DNA of 64,000 bases from Planctomycetota bacterium (GCA_016860685.1 BOJX01000003.1:3291-67290); one strand, 5' to 3'. Positions 8,572 to 18,465 are shown, counted from the stretch's first letter. Notes: generated by a model not told the origin, from the sequence alone. Program-made: numbers and translations.

Positions 8572-11508
8572 TCAGAAGAGTTCTCGTTGAGATTCAGGTT
8601 GCCGGACCCGGCTCGAAAGGGCAAGCTTCGAGAGTTCCGGCCACGCGATCACGAGGCCGTTGTAGGCCCGCTCCTCGTCGGGCCACTTCTTGCGGCTGGA
8701 TATCGAGTGCAGGCGATAAGCCAGTTCGCGAGCGATCTCGCCCATGCCTCCCAGGCTTGCCAGCAATCGAGCAGCTTCGGCCTCGCCTTTGTTCTCCAGC
8801 GTGCGGATCAAATGTTGGGTCGTCTCCCATGCCGTGAGACGGTTGTCCGTCGATGGACTCCAGTCGTCAGACAGTTCGGCCCTGGTCACGAGCCGGACCT
8901 TGCCGCCGCGCGCCTTTACGATGCCCGCTTCGACCAATCCGTTCACGGCGGTGTTCTTGGCCTTGCTCAACGTTTCGGCGACGCCGAAGGAATCCTCGTT
9001 CGTGCCGTACTGCTCGAACCACGCGAGCGCCCAGCGCGTGTCGGGATCGAAATCGCCTTCCTGTTCGGCGAGTACCTCGTCAAGCACCTGATTGATGATG
9101 CCGAGCGCCGTTCGCACGGTCATGGGAGTGCCGTCGGACTCGATGACTCTCGCGTAGCGCGTGAACACCGCCATGCCCGGCCCGATGACCGCCTGGGCAA
9201 GGTCCACGGGCGCAACGTTGCCGTGTTGCAGCGCCTTGAGAGCGCTCGGCAGTTCACTCCTGAGCGCAGTGAGAAAGTCCCGCCGAGTCGTCATGGCCGC
9301 AGTGCTTGAGCGCAGCCGACACACCAGTACGATGGACGACGCGAGCGAGTTCCGGCCGTGCTCGCGAAGTCCGCCGGGCTGTTCGGTTCGCATCGGCCAT
9401 GTGCCGGTCACGGTCCATCCGGAGTCCACGATGCCCTGGAGGATGGTGTCCCAGCCGCTTGACGTTCGGGCTTCCTCGTCGTCCTCTTCCTGTTTGAATG
9501 CGTAGTAGACGGTGACGGGTATTTCGCGGTTTGCGCTCTTGCTGATGCCGGTGAAAACTGCTCGCAATCCGTCCTCGAAGAACTGCTTCGCCTGGTCGGC
9601 GCTTTCGTGCCGGGCCGGCTCCGCGATGAGTTCCATCTGTTTGGGCGTCAGCAGAGTCGAATACAACTGCGGAAACAGTCCGGAGAGCGCGCGGCGATGC
9701 CACACGTAGAAGAAGTCCGACAGGTCGGCATAGGGGACGTTGTCGTAGTATGGCGGATCGGTCGATACGACCGGAGCATCGTTGGTCCAGGGCACCCGCG
9801 CGTCCCGTTGTTCGACGACTCCCGGTGCCGCGGCCGGTACGGCGGCAAGCGCGTGGTACAGATACTCGAATTGTCCGTCCACGTTGCCGGATGAGTCGGA
9901 AAACGGATTCGCTTCCGCGTAGACCCAAATCATCGGCAACGCATTGCGCGCAAATACCTGTTCGACAGTCTCGCGGTTGGGGTTGTAGAAGGACTGCGAC
10001 GCGTGTCGATTGGCGACGCGCCCGATGCCAAGAGCAAGATACACGGCGATCGCTCGCGCGTAGTCGTCGTCTGCACTGTCGCGTTTCGCTAGATCAAACG
10101 CACCCTGCGACGCCTGACAGAGGGTGTCGAGAAGCAGCAACTGGCGGTCGGTGAATAGATCCCGGTGACGACGGATGCCGTAGTTCTGTACCCTGAATCC
10201 GAGCGCCTTCTCCGGCAATGCGGAGTTCAAGAGGTCGGGACTCGTGCTCGGCACTCGTGGAAGATCGATCGCTCCCCCGGGCAGATAGACGCGCTCGCGG
10301 TCTCCGGCGGCGACGACGGTCATCAACTGACGGCCGAGCTTTCCCTTTTGTCCTGCGTCGCGGATGTCGTCGAGCGCGATCGGGGAACCGCACGACGGGC
10401 AGGTAGCGCCGCGCCGCCCGATCGTGGAAAACTTCGGATCGGCCTTTTCTGCGACTACGGACCATTCGGCCGCGGACGCGGCACCACGCGCCCTCTCCCA
10501 TCTGAGCGAGTACCAGCGTCGCGGTCGTTTGCAGAGTCCGGGATCGCTGACCAAGGGGACGGATTGACCACACGCGGGGTTGGTGCATGGCGTCGTGCGA
10601 GCCCAAATCCACGCGATGACGGTCAGTTCCCTACCTATGTACTTGGCGAGGTCCGCGCGGCCTCTGGCCATTGCCGCAGTGACCCTCGTCTTCGGATAGA
10701 GTTGCCCCATCCGCTTCTCGGCCTCGTCACGCATCCATTTGCCGTAGTAGCGCACGTCTTCGGCCAATCCCTCGGCACCATGCCATTGGCTCGTGGAGCG
10801 GGCCTGCTCATTCTTCTCGGGCGGATGCACGGGCGGACGGCCGGAGAACTTGGGCGGAATCTCGATCAGCGCCTTCGTAATGAGCACTGGCACTGGGTTC
10901 AAGTCGGACGCGTAGGCGCGGAGGCCGAGCCGCTGGGCTTCGAGCGGAATCGAACCGCCGCCGCAGAACGGGTCAAGGATCGGCGGCGCATGTTCGGCGA
11001 GAAACGCGTTGACGATCTCCGGCTTGGCCTTCGTCGTCAGCACGTCCCAGGCGGTGACGCCTTCGCCGGAGACGGCCCCCTTCGGGTGCTTCTGGCCTTT
11101 CCTGCCGCCGAAGATAATTGCTTCTTTGGCAAGTTCGCCGAGTTCGATCTTGCGGGAAGCGACGCAGCGGGCGATCTCGGCGCGCGCGGCGTTGATGACG
11201 CGCGGGTTGGTCGAGTTCTCCCACTGGACAAGTTCTTCGATCAGGTTGAAGAGCTCGGCTCGCTTGATGCCGGCGCGCTCCTCGTCAACAGTGCCGTCTG
11301 CCCGACGATAGACGGGATCGCTGTCGGGATCATCGACCAGCGAAGCGAACAGGACGGCCCGACACGCGGCAAGAGGCCGCCGCGCCCACCACAGGTGAAG
11401 CGTGCTCGGATGTCCGTGTCGGATGGACTTCTCCCTCGCGCTGGCCTCGTTGATGGCCTTGAGCGGCAGAGCGACTTCGATCAGCTTCTTGCGGTGCGGT
11501 ATGGTCAC
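8572..11508 (-). CDS. DUF1156-domain adenine-specific DNA methyltransferase
   Basis: KKLIEVALPL, LHLWWARRPL, SAM-binding DPFCGGGSIP, catalytic DPPYY and a zinc ribbon. GTG start at 11508 overlaps the upstream stop (GTGA). Confidence 0.92.
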   Translation of the reverse strand: MTIPHRKKLIEVALPLKAINEASAREKSIRHGHPSTLHLWWARRPLAACRAVLFASLVDDPDSDPVYRRADGTVDEERAGIKRAELFNLIEELVQWENSTNPRVINAARAEIARCVASRKIELGELAKEAIIFGGRKGQKHPKGAVSGEGVTAWDVLTTKAKPEIVNAFLAEHAPPILDPFCGGGSIPLEAQRLGLRAYASDLNPVPVLITKALIEIPPKFSGRPPVHPPEKNEQARSTSQWHGAEGLAEDVRYYGKWMRDEAEKRMGQLYPKTRVTAAMARGRADLAKYIGRELTVIAWIWARTTPCTNPACGQSVPLVSDPGLCKRPRRWYSLRWERARGAASAAEWSVVAEKADPKFSTIGRRGATCPSCGSPIALDDIRDAGQKGKLGRQLMTVVAAGDRERVYLPGGAIDLPRVPSTSPDLLNSALPEKALGFRVQNYGIRRHRDLFTDRQLLLLDTLCQASQGAFDLAKRDSADDDYARAIAVYLALGIGRVANRHASQSFYNPNRETVEQVFARNALPMIWVYAEANPFSDSSGNVDGQFEYLYHALAAVPAAAPGVVEQRDARVPWTNDAPVVSTDPPYYDNVPYADLSDFFYVWHRRALSGLFPQLYSTLLTPKQMELIAEPARHESADQAKQFFEDGLRAVFTGISKSANREIPVTVYYAFKQEEDDEEARTSSGWDTILQGIVDSGWTVTGTWPMRTEQPGGLREHGRNSLASSIVLVCRLRSSTAAMTTRRDFLTALRSELPSALKALQHGNVAPVDLAQAVIGPGMAVFTRYARVIESDGTPMTVRTALGIINQVLDEVLAEQEGDFDPDTRWALAWFEQYGTNEDSFGVAETLSKAKNTAVNGLVEAGIVKARGGKVRLVTRAELSDDWSPSTDNRLTAWETTQHLIRTLENKGEAEAARLLASLGGMGEIARELAYRLHSISSRKKWPDEERAYNGLVIAWPELSKLALSSRVRQPESQRELF

Positions 11509-12785
11509 AGGGTGAACTCCCTGAACTCGGTCTCGCGGATGTTGTCTGCTGTGACCGTGCCGCACATGCTGCCGTCCGGCATCACGCTTCCATCGAACTG
11601 CGCTGTCTCGACTTCAAACAATGGCTCTATCGCAAATAACGGAGCTTCTTCCGGGGTTGTCAGCGCACGCGAAATCGCCTCGATCACGTCCACGCGCAAT
11701 CCGACGATTGTCATTTCCAAAGCGTCCCGACCGGGGCCGAAGAAGAACCACTCCGGCCAGTGCGGCCAGTGGTGGCGGAAGTCGCGCATGAAGCGCCGCT
11801 GATACCGAGGATTTAGACCTGCTCCCGTGACGACGTAGGCGTAATCGCGGGGGCCGACTCGTTTTATCGGCAGAGAAAGCGTGACTCCGTCCCGGATAGC
11901 GCCTGTGCGGAGGGCGGCAGCGGCTTCGGGAAATCCCATGCCGAGCAACCATGCCGCATAGTTTCCGCGGCGAATCCAGTCGCGGGGGAACTCAACAGTG
12001 AGATCGCCATCCTCGCGGCCTTCCGGGTCCACGAAGGCAATCAAGGACGTGTCCTCATGCGGATCATCGACTTCGCGCAGGTACGTCCCGACCGCAAAGG
12101 TCTTGGACGGTTGCGGCGAAATCAATGGTTTGGTCGCCGCGAGCTGCTTCAGTGCATCGCTCAGGTCGGCCTTGATGGTGCTGCTCGTGCCGGGCGAGAG
12201 AAGGCTGCCCTTGGCCTCCGCGAGCGCAGTCTCGGACTTCGCGTTCTCGATGACGAAGTCCGATCGCTTGTCGAGTTTTCGCTTGGCCAGCTTGTTTCGG
12301 ATGGCTTGGGCGCGCTTCACGCTCTCCGGGTGTTGCACTATCTGATTTCGTAGTGCGCGCTTCACAAGCACGTCAAACCGATCCCAGAACGCATAGCCCT
12401 GGGCCTGCATCGCCAGCAGCAGCATTCCTTCCCCAATGAGCCGAGAGCGGCTGCTGTGTGCCGCAGTTTCGTAGTGGTCGGTTGTGCCCGCAGCGAGTCG
12501 GAGTTCCCCGCCGTTCCAGCGAAACATGGCGTGATGCTCAGCGGCAAAGCAGGCCGCGAGGTGATCGACGTGGGCGCCGTCGAAACTGCGAGTCAACTCG
12601 GCCTTCTTCGCAGCCTGATACAGGCTCCAAGCGGAGACCCGCAGTTGCCGTTTCGCGGCTGGTAAAGGGCGGACACGGCCGTATCTGGTACGGATGACCC
12701 TACGGTCCAACTCGATTACAGGGAGCGTGGCCTGACCCGCCGGAGCGACCGAAAGCGTGAAGGGGGTGAGTGATGGGAGAATCAT
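11505..12785 (-). CDS. Hypothetical protein with a PD-(D/E)xK-like nuclease motif
   Basis: 426 aa, translationally coupled on both sides. RSDFVIENAKSETALAEAKGS resembles a restriction-endonuclease active site. Confidence 0.65.
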   Translation of the reverse strand: MILPSLTPFTLSVAPAGQATLPVIELDRRVIRTRYGRVRPLPAAKRQLRVSAWSLYQAAKKAELTRSFDGAHVDHLAACFAAEHHAMFRWNGGELRLAAGTTDHYETAAHSSRSRLIGEGMLLLAMQAQGYAFWDRFDVLVKRALRNQIVQHPESVKRAQAIRNKLAKRKLDKRSDFVIENAKSETALAEAKGSLLSPGTSSTIKADLSDALKQLAATKPLISPQPSKTFAVGTYLREVDDPHEDTSLIAFVDPEGREDGDLTVEFPRDWIRRGNYAAWLLGMGFPEAAAALRTGAIRDGVTLSLPIKRVGPRDYAYVVTGAGLNPRYQRRFMRDFRHHWPHWPEWFFFGPGRDALEMTIVGLRVDVIEAISRALTTPEEAPLFAIEPLFEVETAQFDGSVMPDGSMCGTVTADNIRETEFREFTL

Positions 12786-15700
12786 GCCGGCTCCTGGGCC
12801 TGGGCCAAGAGCGCCGACAGGTCGTAGTTGACGCTGGTCGCCTTGAAGTCGGGTTCCTTCTCAAAGGGCTTGCGGACGTACCGCACGTCCGCCCGATCCT
12901 GGTCGATGACGGCGATGGCGAGAATGAACTCGTCCGGTTTGTTCAAGGCGGTCAGGATTTCGTTCTTGGTGATGGTGACGGTCCTGGCCCCTCTCACGCG
13001 GCCTTTGACCTCGATGAAGCGAAGCAGGCCCGTGTTCGGGATGGCGGACTCGATGTCGTAGCCGAGATTCTGCTCGCTCACGTCCCGCGGGACGAAGCCG
13101 AGCCGGCGCTCGGTCTGCGCCACGGCGTCCATCGCCAATCGTTCGGAACGCTCGGTGTCAATCGCAAAGTCCGGCGGCGCCGCGGCAGACGCGGCTCCCA
13201 GCTTCCGAAGCAGCCCAACAGGCAGGATCATCGCGCCGCCGAGCACGACCGGCGGAAGCGCGGCGAGCTTGCGTTCCTGCTCGATCTCGGTAAGGCGCTT
13301 CTGCAATCGGGCCGTGAGTTCATCCGCTCGCTGCCGGGCAAGGCCGGAGTTGAGCTTGGCGTTGACCTTGCCGGCGAGTTCCTGGTCCTTGAGTTGGGCC
13401 GCGCGGTGGTCCCAGTAGTTGATCTCTTTGGTGAGCCGGTCCTGGACCGCGGCTTTCGTCTTGTCGAGCAGCTCCTCCTTGCGGCGGCGGAGTTCATCAA
13501 GGTGCTGCGGAACTATGTGGATCGCGGCGTGTTCCATCGCCCGCGTTTCGAGGTCTCCGCGAACCCAATCGGGCAGTTTCACTTGCTCCAGCGCCCTCGC
13601 CTCTTCCTCGGTCGCGGGCCGGTAGTCGAGATACGGGGCGGGACCGGCGTTCTCGGCGTGTCCGTCGGCGTCGATTTCGACGAACTGCAATCGCTTGGAG
13701 ACGACGCGGCGGTTGCCGGCGCGGTCGGTGCGGGCATCCTGAATGGCGTGCTCCAGGTAGAGCAACGTCCGCGGGTGTTCTCCGTCGTCCGTGTCGTCGA
13801 TCAGGATGGCGCCGCGTTTGAGCAAGTCGCGGTGCCGCTCGATCACAAGGTCGAGCGTCGCGTCCAACAGCGGATGGCCGGGACACACGAACGCGGCCAG
13901 CGGCTTGCCGGGAACGCTGATGAGGCCCTTCTCGAACGCTATGCGCTCGTAGCGAGAGAGCACGGCGTCGCCGCGGCCGATCTCGCGGTCGCGGTTGCGG
14001 ATGACGGCGGGCACGTGCTTGATTTCGTAACGGTTCGCCTCGCGCTCGTGGATCGTCCCGCCGAGCAGCTTGAACGCTTCGAGGAAGAATGCGGCGATGA
14101 AGTGCGGTTGCAGGCGGCGGGCTTCGGCCCGTTCCATATCCTCGCGAATCTGGCGGACCTTCGACACGTCCATCGCGTCGTGGGTGAGCGCTCGGACTTC
14201 GACCAGCTCGCGAAGGTGCTCCCGGTCGAGGGCCTTGTCCACGACCTGAAACAGCCTTGCCCGGACCTCGGGCTGGTCGCCGTAGCGGATGGCTTCGAGC
14301 AGCAGTTGGCGAAGCGGCTTGTCCTCGAAGGTCACTTGCCCGAGCACGTCGAAGACCTGGCCGCCGAGTGCGTTTCGCTCCTCGTCCAGTTTTTCGAGAA
14401 GTCGGTAGTAGACCTCGCCCTCACGGGTGTCCTTGGCGACAAGGTTCCACAGGTGGCACACTTCGGTCTGCCCGATGCGGTGGATGCGGCCGAATCGCTG
14501 CTCCAAGCGGTTCGGGTTCCACGGCAGGTCGTAGTTGACCATCAAGTGCGCCCGCTGGAGGTTGATGCCCTCGCCCGCGGCGTCGGTGGCCACGAGGATT
14601 TCGACTTCCTTGTCCTGGGTGAACGCCTCCTGCGCGTTACGCCGGTCCTCGCGGCCGACGCCGCCGTGAATGATGACGACGGCCTCGGGCTTGCCGATGA
14701 GCGCCCCGATCCGCTCGGCAAGATAGTTCAACGTGTCGCGATGCTCGGTGAAGATGACGAGCTTGCGCCGGTGGCCGTATGCGTCGAACATCTCGGAGTT
14801 GTTCTGCAACAGCCGTGAGAGTTCGTCCCACTTGCGGTCGGTGCCCGATTGGCGGACGCGGAGCGCCGTCCGCTCCAAGTCCTGCAACTGGGCGATTTCG
14901 GCTCGGAGTTCCGCGATGGTGCGGGCGGCGGACGCCTGATCGACGACGTGCTCCTCGGTGTCCTCGATCTCCTTGTCGGGAGCGTCGTCAAGGTCGTCGA
15001 TGTCGTCGGCCGTCAACGCAGGCAAGCCGGCGGTCATGTCGATGCCGACTTCTGCGCCACGCTTGAGCAACTGCTCCTCGCGGAGCCGCTTTTCCAGGCG
15101 TTCGCGACGGCGGCGCAGCGATTGGTAAATGGCTTCCGGGGATGACGCCAGTCGGCGTTGCAGGATGGTCAGGGCGAATCCGACCGTTCCCTTGCGGCCC
15201 TCGTTTTCCAGCGCCTCGGCGCGGTTGAACTCTTCGCGGACGTAGTCGGTGACCTGCTTGTACAGGTCCGCCTCGGCGTCGGAAAGCGCATAGTTGACCG
15301 TGTAGGCGCGGCGCTCGGGAAAGAGCGGCGTGCCGTCGAACTTGAGCAACTGCTCCTTGACCAAGCGGCGCATCATGTCCGTCGCGTCGGTGACGTGAAC
15401 GCCGTCGCGGAATTTGCCCTCAAAGCGGTCGCCGTCGAGGAGCGCCATGAAAAGTTGGAAGTCCGCCTCCTTGCCGTTGTGCGGCGTGGCGGTCAGCAAC
15501 AGGAAGTGGCGCGTCAACGTCGAAAGCGATTGTCCGAGCCTGTAGCGTTTCGTGTATTTGACTTCGTTGCCGAAGTACGTGGCGCTGAGCTTGTGCGCCT
15601 CGTCGCAGACGATCAGATCCCAGTCGGTCTGATTGAGCTTCGCCTGGGTGTCTTCGTCGCGGCTCAGTTTGTCCAGCCGGCAGATTGCCAGCGGCGTCTC

Positions 15701-16291
15701 GCTGAACCAGTTGCCGGTGCGCGCGGATTCGAGCGCGTCGTTCGTCATGATGTCGAAAGGCAGGTGGAACCGACGGTCGAGTTCGTCCTGCCATTGCTCG
15801 ACAAGGTTGCCGGGGCAGACGATGAGGCAGCGTTGCAGGTCGCCGCGTGCGATCAGTTCCTTGATGAACAGTCCGGTCATGATCGTCTTGCCGGCGCCGG
15901 GGTCGTCGGCCAGCAGGAACCGGAGCGGCTGCCGGGAGAGCATCTCGCTGTAGACCCCCGTAATCTGGTGCGGGAGCGGCTCCACAAGCGACGTATGAAC
16001 GGCCAGCAACGGGTCGAAGAGGTATGCGAGCCGGATGCGGTTCGCCTCGGACAGAAGCCGGAACAGGGCGGCATCGCCGTCGAAGCTCCACGGGCGTCCG
16101 GCTTCGACGATCTCCAGCGTCGGTTCACGGTCGCGGTAGAGCAATTCGTTGCCGAGTTTGCCGGCGGCGTCTTTGTACGTGACCTCGATTGCGACGCTGC
16201 CGATCCAGCGCACGTCGCTGATGGTGACGAGCGAGTCCGGGAGGATGCCTCGCACGGCCGTTCCGCGTGTGATGGTTTCGAGGGTCGCCAT
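12782..16291 (-). CDS. SNF2-family helicase with C-terminal DUF3883/NOV-C nuclease-like domain
   Basis: LLADDPGAGKT, DEAH, TATPH, TDAAGEGINLQ, EQRFGRIHRIGQ, and C-terminal GYDIES...FIEVKGR. Confidence 0.93.
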   Translation of the reverse strand: MATLETITRGTAVRGILPDSLVTISDVRWIGSVAIEVTYKDAAGKLGNELLYRDREPTLEIVEAGRPWSFDGDAALFRLLSEANRIRLAYLFDPLLAVHTSLVEPLPHQITGVYSEMLSRQPLRFLLADDPGAGKTIMTGLFIKELIARGDLQRCLIVCPGNLVEQWQDELDRRFHLPFDIMTNDALESARTGNWFSETPLAICRLDKLSRDEDTQAKLNQTDWDLIVCDEAHKLSATYFGNEVKYTKRYRLGQSLSTLTRHFLLLTATPHNGKEADFQLFMALLDGDRFEGKFRDGVHVTDATDMMRRLVKEQLLKFDGTPLFPERRAYTVNYALSDAEADLYKQVTDYVREEFNRAEALENEGRKGTVGFALTILQRRLASSPEAIYQSLRRRRERLEKRLREEQLLKRGAEVGIDMTAGLPALTADDIDDLDDAPDKEIEDTEEHVVDQASAARTIAELRAEIAQLQDLERTALRVRQSGTDRKWDELSRLLQNNSEMFDAYGHRRKLVIFTEHRDTLNYLAERIGALIGKPEAVVIIHGGVGREDRRNAQEAFTQDKEVEILVATDAAGEGINLQRAHLMVNYDLPWNPNRLEQRFGRIHRIGQTEVCHLWNLVAKDTREGEVYYRLLEKLDEERNALGGQVFDVLGQVTFEDKPLRQLLLEAIRYGDQPEVRARLFQVVDKALDREHLRELVEVRALTHDAMDVSKVRQIREDMERAEARRLQPHFIAAFFLEAFKLLGGTIHEREANRYEIKHVPAVIRNRDREIGRGDAVLSRYERIAFEKGLISVPGKPLAAFVCPGHPLLDATLDLVIERHRDLLKRGAILIDDTDDGEHPRTLLYLEHAIQDARTDRAGNRRVVSKRLQFVEIDADGHAENAGPAPYLDYRPATEEEARALEQVKLPDWVRGDLETRAMEHAAIHIVPQHLDELRRRKEELLDKTKAAVQDRLTKEINYWDHRAAQLKDQELAGKVNAKLNSGLARQRADELTARLQKRLTEIEQERKLAALPPVVLGGAMILPVGLLRKLGAASAAAPPDFAIDTERSERLAMDAVAQTERRLGFVPRDVSEQNLGYDIESAIPNTGLLRFIEVKGRVRGARTVTITKNEILTALNKPDEFILAIAVIDQDRADVRYVRKPFEKEPDFKATSVNYDLSALLAQAQEPA

Positions 16292-16295
16292 CGGA

Positions 16296-16577
16296 TCAGC
16301 GGCCCTCCCTGGAAGTCGATTTCTCGGTCGGACTGCGGGTACGTCGTCCTCGGCGGTTGTTCCCGCCGGATTCGAGGACGTATCGCCAGCCGTCGTCGCG
16401 CCGCTCGGCTCTGATATCGTGCCCGCGCTGCCGTAAGGCCGTCACGTCGCGCGACACGGTCGGGATGGATACCCCAAGTTTTTCGGCGATTCTCGGCGTG
16501 GAGTAGGTTCCCTTGCGGATCATGCCGAGCACGGTCTCCAGTCTTCGCTCGATGTCGAGGGATCGTTGGTAAAGCAT
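16296..16577 (-). CDS. Winged-HTH (HTH_11-type) transcriptional regulator
   Basis: IAEKLGVSIPTVSRDVTALRQRG. First gene of the DUF499 operon, with a GGAGG RBS. Confidence 0.8.
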   Translation of the reverse strand: MLYQRSLDIERRLETVLGMIRKGTYSTPRIAEKLGVSIPTVSRDVTALRQRGHDIRAERRDDGWRYVLESGGNNRRGRRTRSPTEKSTSREGR

Positions 16578-16604
16578 CCGCGGGGCCTCCTGACCGCCGC
16601 TACC

Positions 16605-16633
16605 TGTCTATCGGAGCATGATAGACATGTCAA
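16605..16633 (-). promoter_or_regulatory. Operator palindrome and -35 box of the DUF499 operon
   Basis: TGTCTATC-GGAGCAT-GATAGACA (16605-16627) lies immediately downstream of a minus-strand TTGACA (16633-16628). Confidence 0.6.
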
Positions 16634-16658
16634 CCCGTGCCTGCGTACCCTGCTCGGA

Positions 16659-16717
16659 GGGGGGTAGAGGGTGAGGCTTGGAGCGGGAGAGGGGCCGCGT
16701 CTCCCGCTCCATCAACG
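16659..16717 (+). repeat. 59-bp direct repeat, copy 2
   Basis: Identical to 102-160. The upstream CTGCTCG is also shared. Confidence 0.95.
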
Positions 16718-16764
16718 TGGTCGGCTTGCGCCGGACTCGCCGCGTTCAACTTCGGACGCGGTGC

Positions 16765-16794
16765 TGTCAAGTTTTCTTGCCCGAAAACTTGACA
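16765..16794. repeat. Perfect 12-6-12 inverted repeat
   Basis: TGTCAAGTTTTC-TTGCCC-GAAAACTTGACA. Confidence 0.85.
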
Positions 16795-16861
16795 TCGGTC
16801 GCAGCGATTCGACGATGCTCGCCTCGCCCCCGCTCCGTCTCGCGCGCCGCCGCTTCCAACA

Positions 16862-16894
16862 GAAAAGCACCCCGGCGGTCGGCCGCCGGGGTGC
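16862..16894 (-). terminator. Rho-independent terminator of ardC
   Basis: 12-bp stem GCACCCCGGCGG/CCGCCGGGGTGC followed by TTTTCT on the minus strand, about 10 nt after the ardC stop. Confidence 0.75.
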
Positions 16895-16903
16895 GGTGAA
16901 GAG

Positions 16904-17722
16904 TCAGGCGGCGTGCGCCTGCTCGTCGGGGGCGTCGTGAAGCGCCGCGATGATCTCGGCGGCGACGTGCTGGATGCGGTCCAGCGACTCGGCCAGCGTC
17001 TCGGTCTTGCCGTCATACAGCTGGATGTAGTCGCTGGCGGCGGCACCGGTCTCCAGCCCGATCGCGTTGCTGACGACGAACGCGACGGCCTCGGCTTCGG
17101 TTTCGCGGACGGTCTTGCTCGCCGGGCGGTTCTCGCCGCGATGCAGAAGCTCGTGGGCGAGTTCATGCACGGTCACGGAGAACTCGTGCGCGGGGACCAG
17201 CCCGGCCCGGATGCTGATGCGTCCGCCGCGGGACACGCCGTCGGCGCCGATGGGCACGTCGGCGTTGTCGAGCGTGATGCCGCGTTCGGCGATGACCTGG
17301 CGCAGGCGGTCGATGTGGCGGCCGGGATCGCCGTTGACGCGGTGCGGTTCGGGGAGCGGCTGACCGTCCGTCTGCGATACGTCGAAGACATACACGCCGC
17401 GGAATCGCAGCATGGGCTTCTGCGGCTCGCCGTCCTTCGCCTGCTCGTCCTGCACGCGCAGCACCATCGGCGCGATGATGACGATGCCCTTCTCGCCCTT
17501 CTTCACGAATCGGCCCATCTGCTTCCAGGTGCTGAAGCCGGCGACGTGGGTCGCGTCGGGCATCTGCGACAGGATCAGCATGACGTTTCCGAAGCTGTAC
17601 CGGTGGAACCGGGCCAGCATGGCGAGATAGCGGGTGAGTTCTTCGCTGCGGCCGTTCTTGAGCGCGTCGGCGAGTTGTTCGAGGGCTTGGTCGGCGATCT
17701 TCTTGGCTTGTTCGGCTTTCAT
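16904..17722 (-). CDS. ardC: ArdC-like ssDNA-binding antirestriction protein
   Basis: FHRYSFGNVMLI...ATHVAGFSTWKQMGRFVKKGEKGI...VFDVSQTDG and a zincin-like HELAHELLH...ETEAEA motif. Start MKAEQ with an AAGGAG RBS. Confidence 0.85.
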   Translation of the reverse strand: MKAEQAKKIADQALEQLADALKNGRSEELTRYLAMLARFHRYSFGNVMLILSQMPDATHVAGFSTWKQMGRFVKKGEKGIVIIAPMVLRVQDEQAKDGEPQKPMLRFRGVYVFDVSQTDGQPLPEPHRVNGDPGRHIDRLRQVIAERGITLDNADVPIGADGVSRGGRISIRAGLVPAHEFSVTVHELAHELLHRGENRPASKTVRETEAEAVAFVVSNAIGLETGAAASDYIQLYDGKTETLAESLDRIQHVAAEIIAALHDAPDEQAHAA

Positions 17723-18252
17723 GTTTTGCTCCTTGTCGGGACCCGCGACGTGCGGTCCCTTCGCCGAGACAGGGACCCCGGCGGGGGTGACAAAGGAGCG
17801 AGCGGCGCGCAGGCCGGCAGCACGCCGGAGAGTCCCGCGAAGCGGAGCAGGACGAATGACGGACCGGACCCGGAGGGCGCCCTTCTTGGCGGGTCCGGCG
17901 TGAGGCGTGCATGACTCGGAGGCGGGAAGCGAAGCGGTGACGGCCGGAGCGGCGCGATTGAAAGCCGTTAGACAAGCCAAACGCCGACGGGCCGGATGAG
18001 CCGACCGGATACGACAGCGAAGGCATCAACCCGTGCCGGTTGCCGACACGTGACTACAGCGGAGGGAATGGTGCCGGTCCGCTCGCTCGACGCGGGTCGT
18101 CGGCTGACACCGGGTGCGGTCGCGCTAGCGGATTGGCGGCGTGGGCATCGAGAGCGCCATGCGGCAATCTGGGAAAGGCGAAGGCGGCGGTAGGGACGGG
18201 CGCAGCGAATCCCGGCGGCACAGGACCGACGGAAAAGCCGCCTTCGGGCCGC

Positions 18253-18465
18253 TTATCGGTCGGTGTGGGCCTCGACGCGGGCGATCAGGGCGGACGGTCG
18301 GACCTTCAGCACCTTGCAGAGCTTGAACAGCATCTGGACGGTCGGCGACTTCTGGTTCAGCTCCAGCAGGCTCACGTAGTTGCGCGAGACGCCGGCCTTG
18401 GCCGCAAGGGTTTCCTGCGTCAGTTTCGCCCGGAGCCGTTCTTCGCGGAGTTCATTGCCAAGCAC
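18253..18465 (-). CDS. XRE HTH regulator resembling restriction-modification controller (C) proteins
   Basis: LGNELREERLRAKLTQETLAAKAGVSRNYVSLLE...SPTV. Possibly leaderless (minus-strand TAGCCT at 18478-18473). Confidence 0.8.
   Translation of the reverse strand: MLGNELREERLRAKLTQETLAAKAGVSRNYVSLLELNQKSPTVQMLFKLCKVLKVRPSALIARVEAHTDR

Noticed and set aside
5100-16414. Long plus-strand ORFs (543, 676, 545, 682 and 418 aa)
   Set aside because: Antisense shadows of the DUF499, methylase and helicase genes, with no motifs.
16628-18037. TCAACCCGTGCC present on both sides of ardC (about 16630 and 18026)
   Set aside because: A 12-bp match in high-GC DNA with no other support, so it may be chance.
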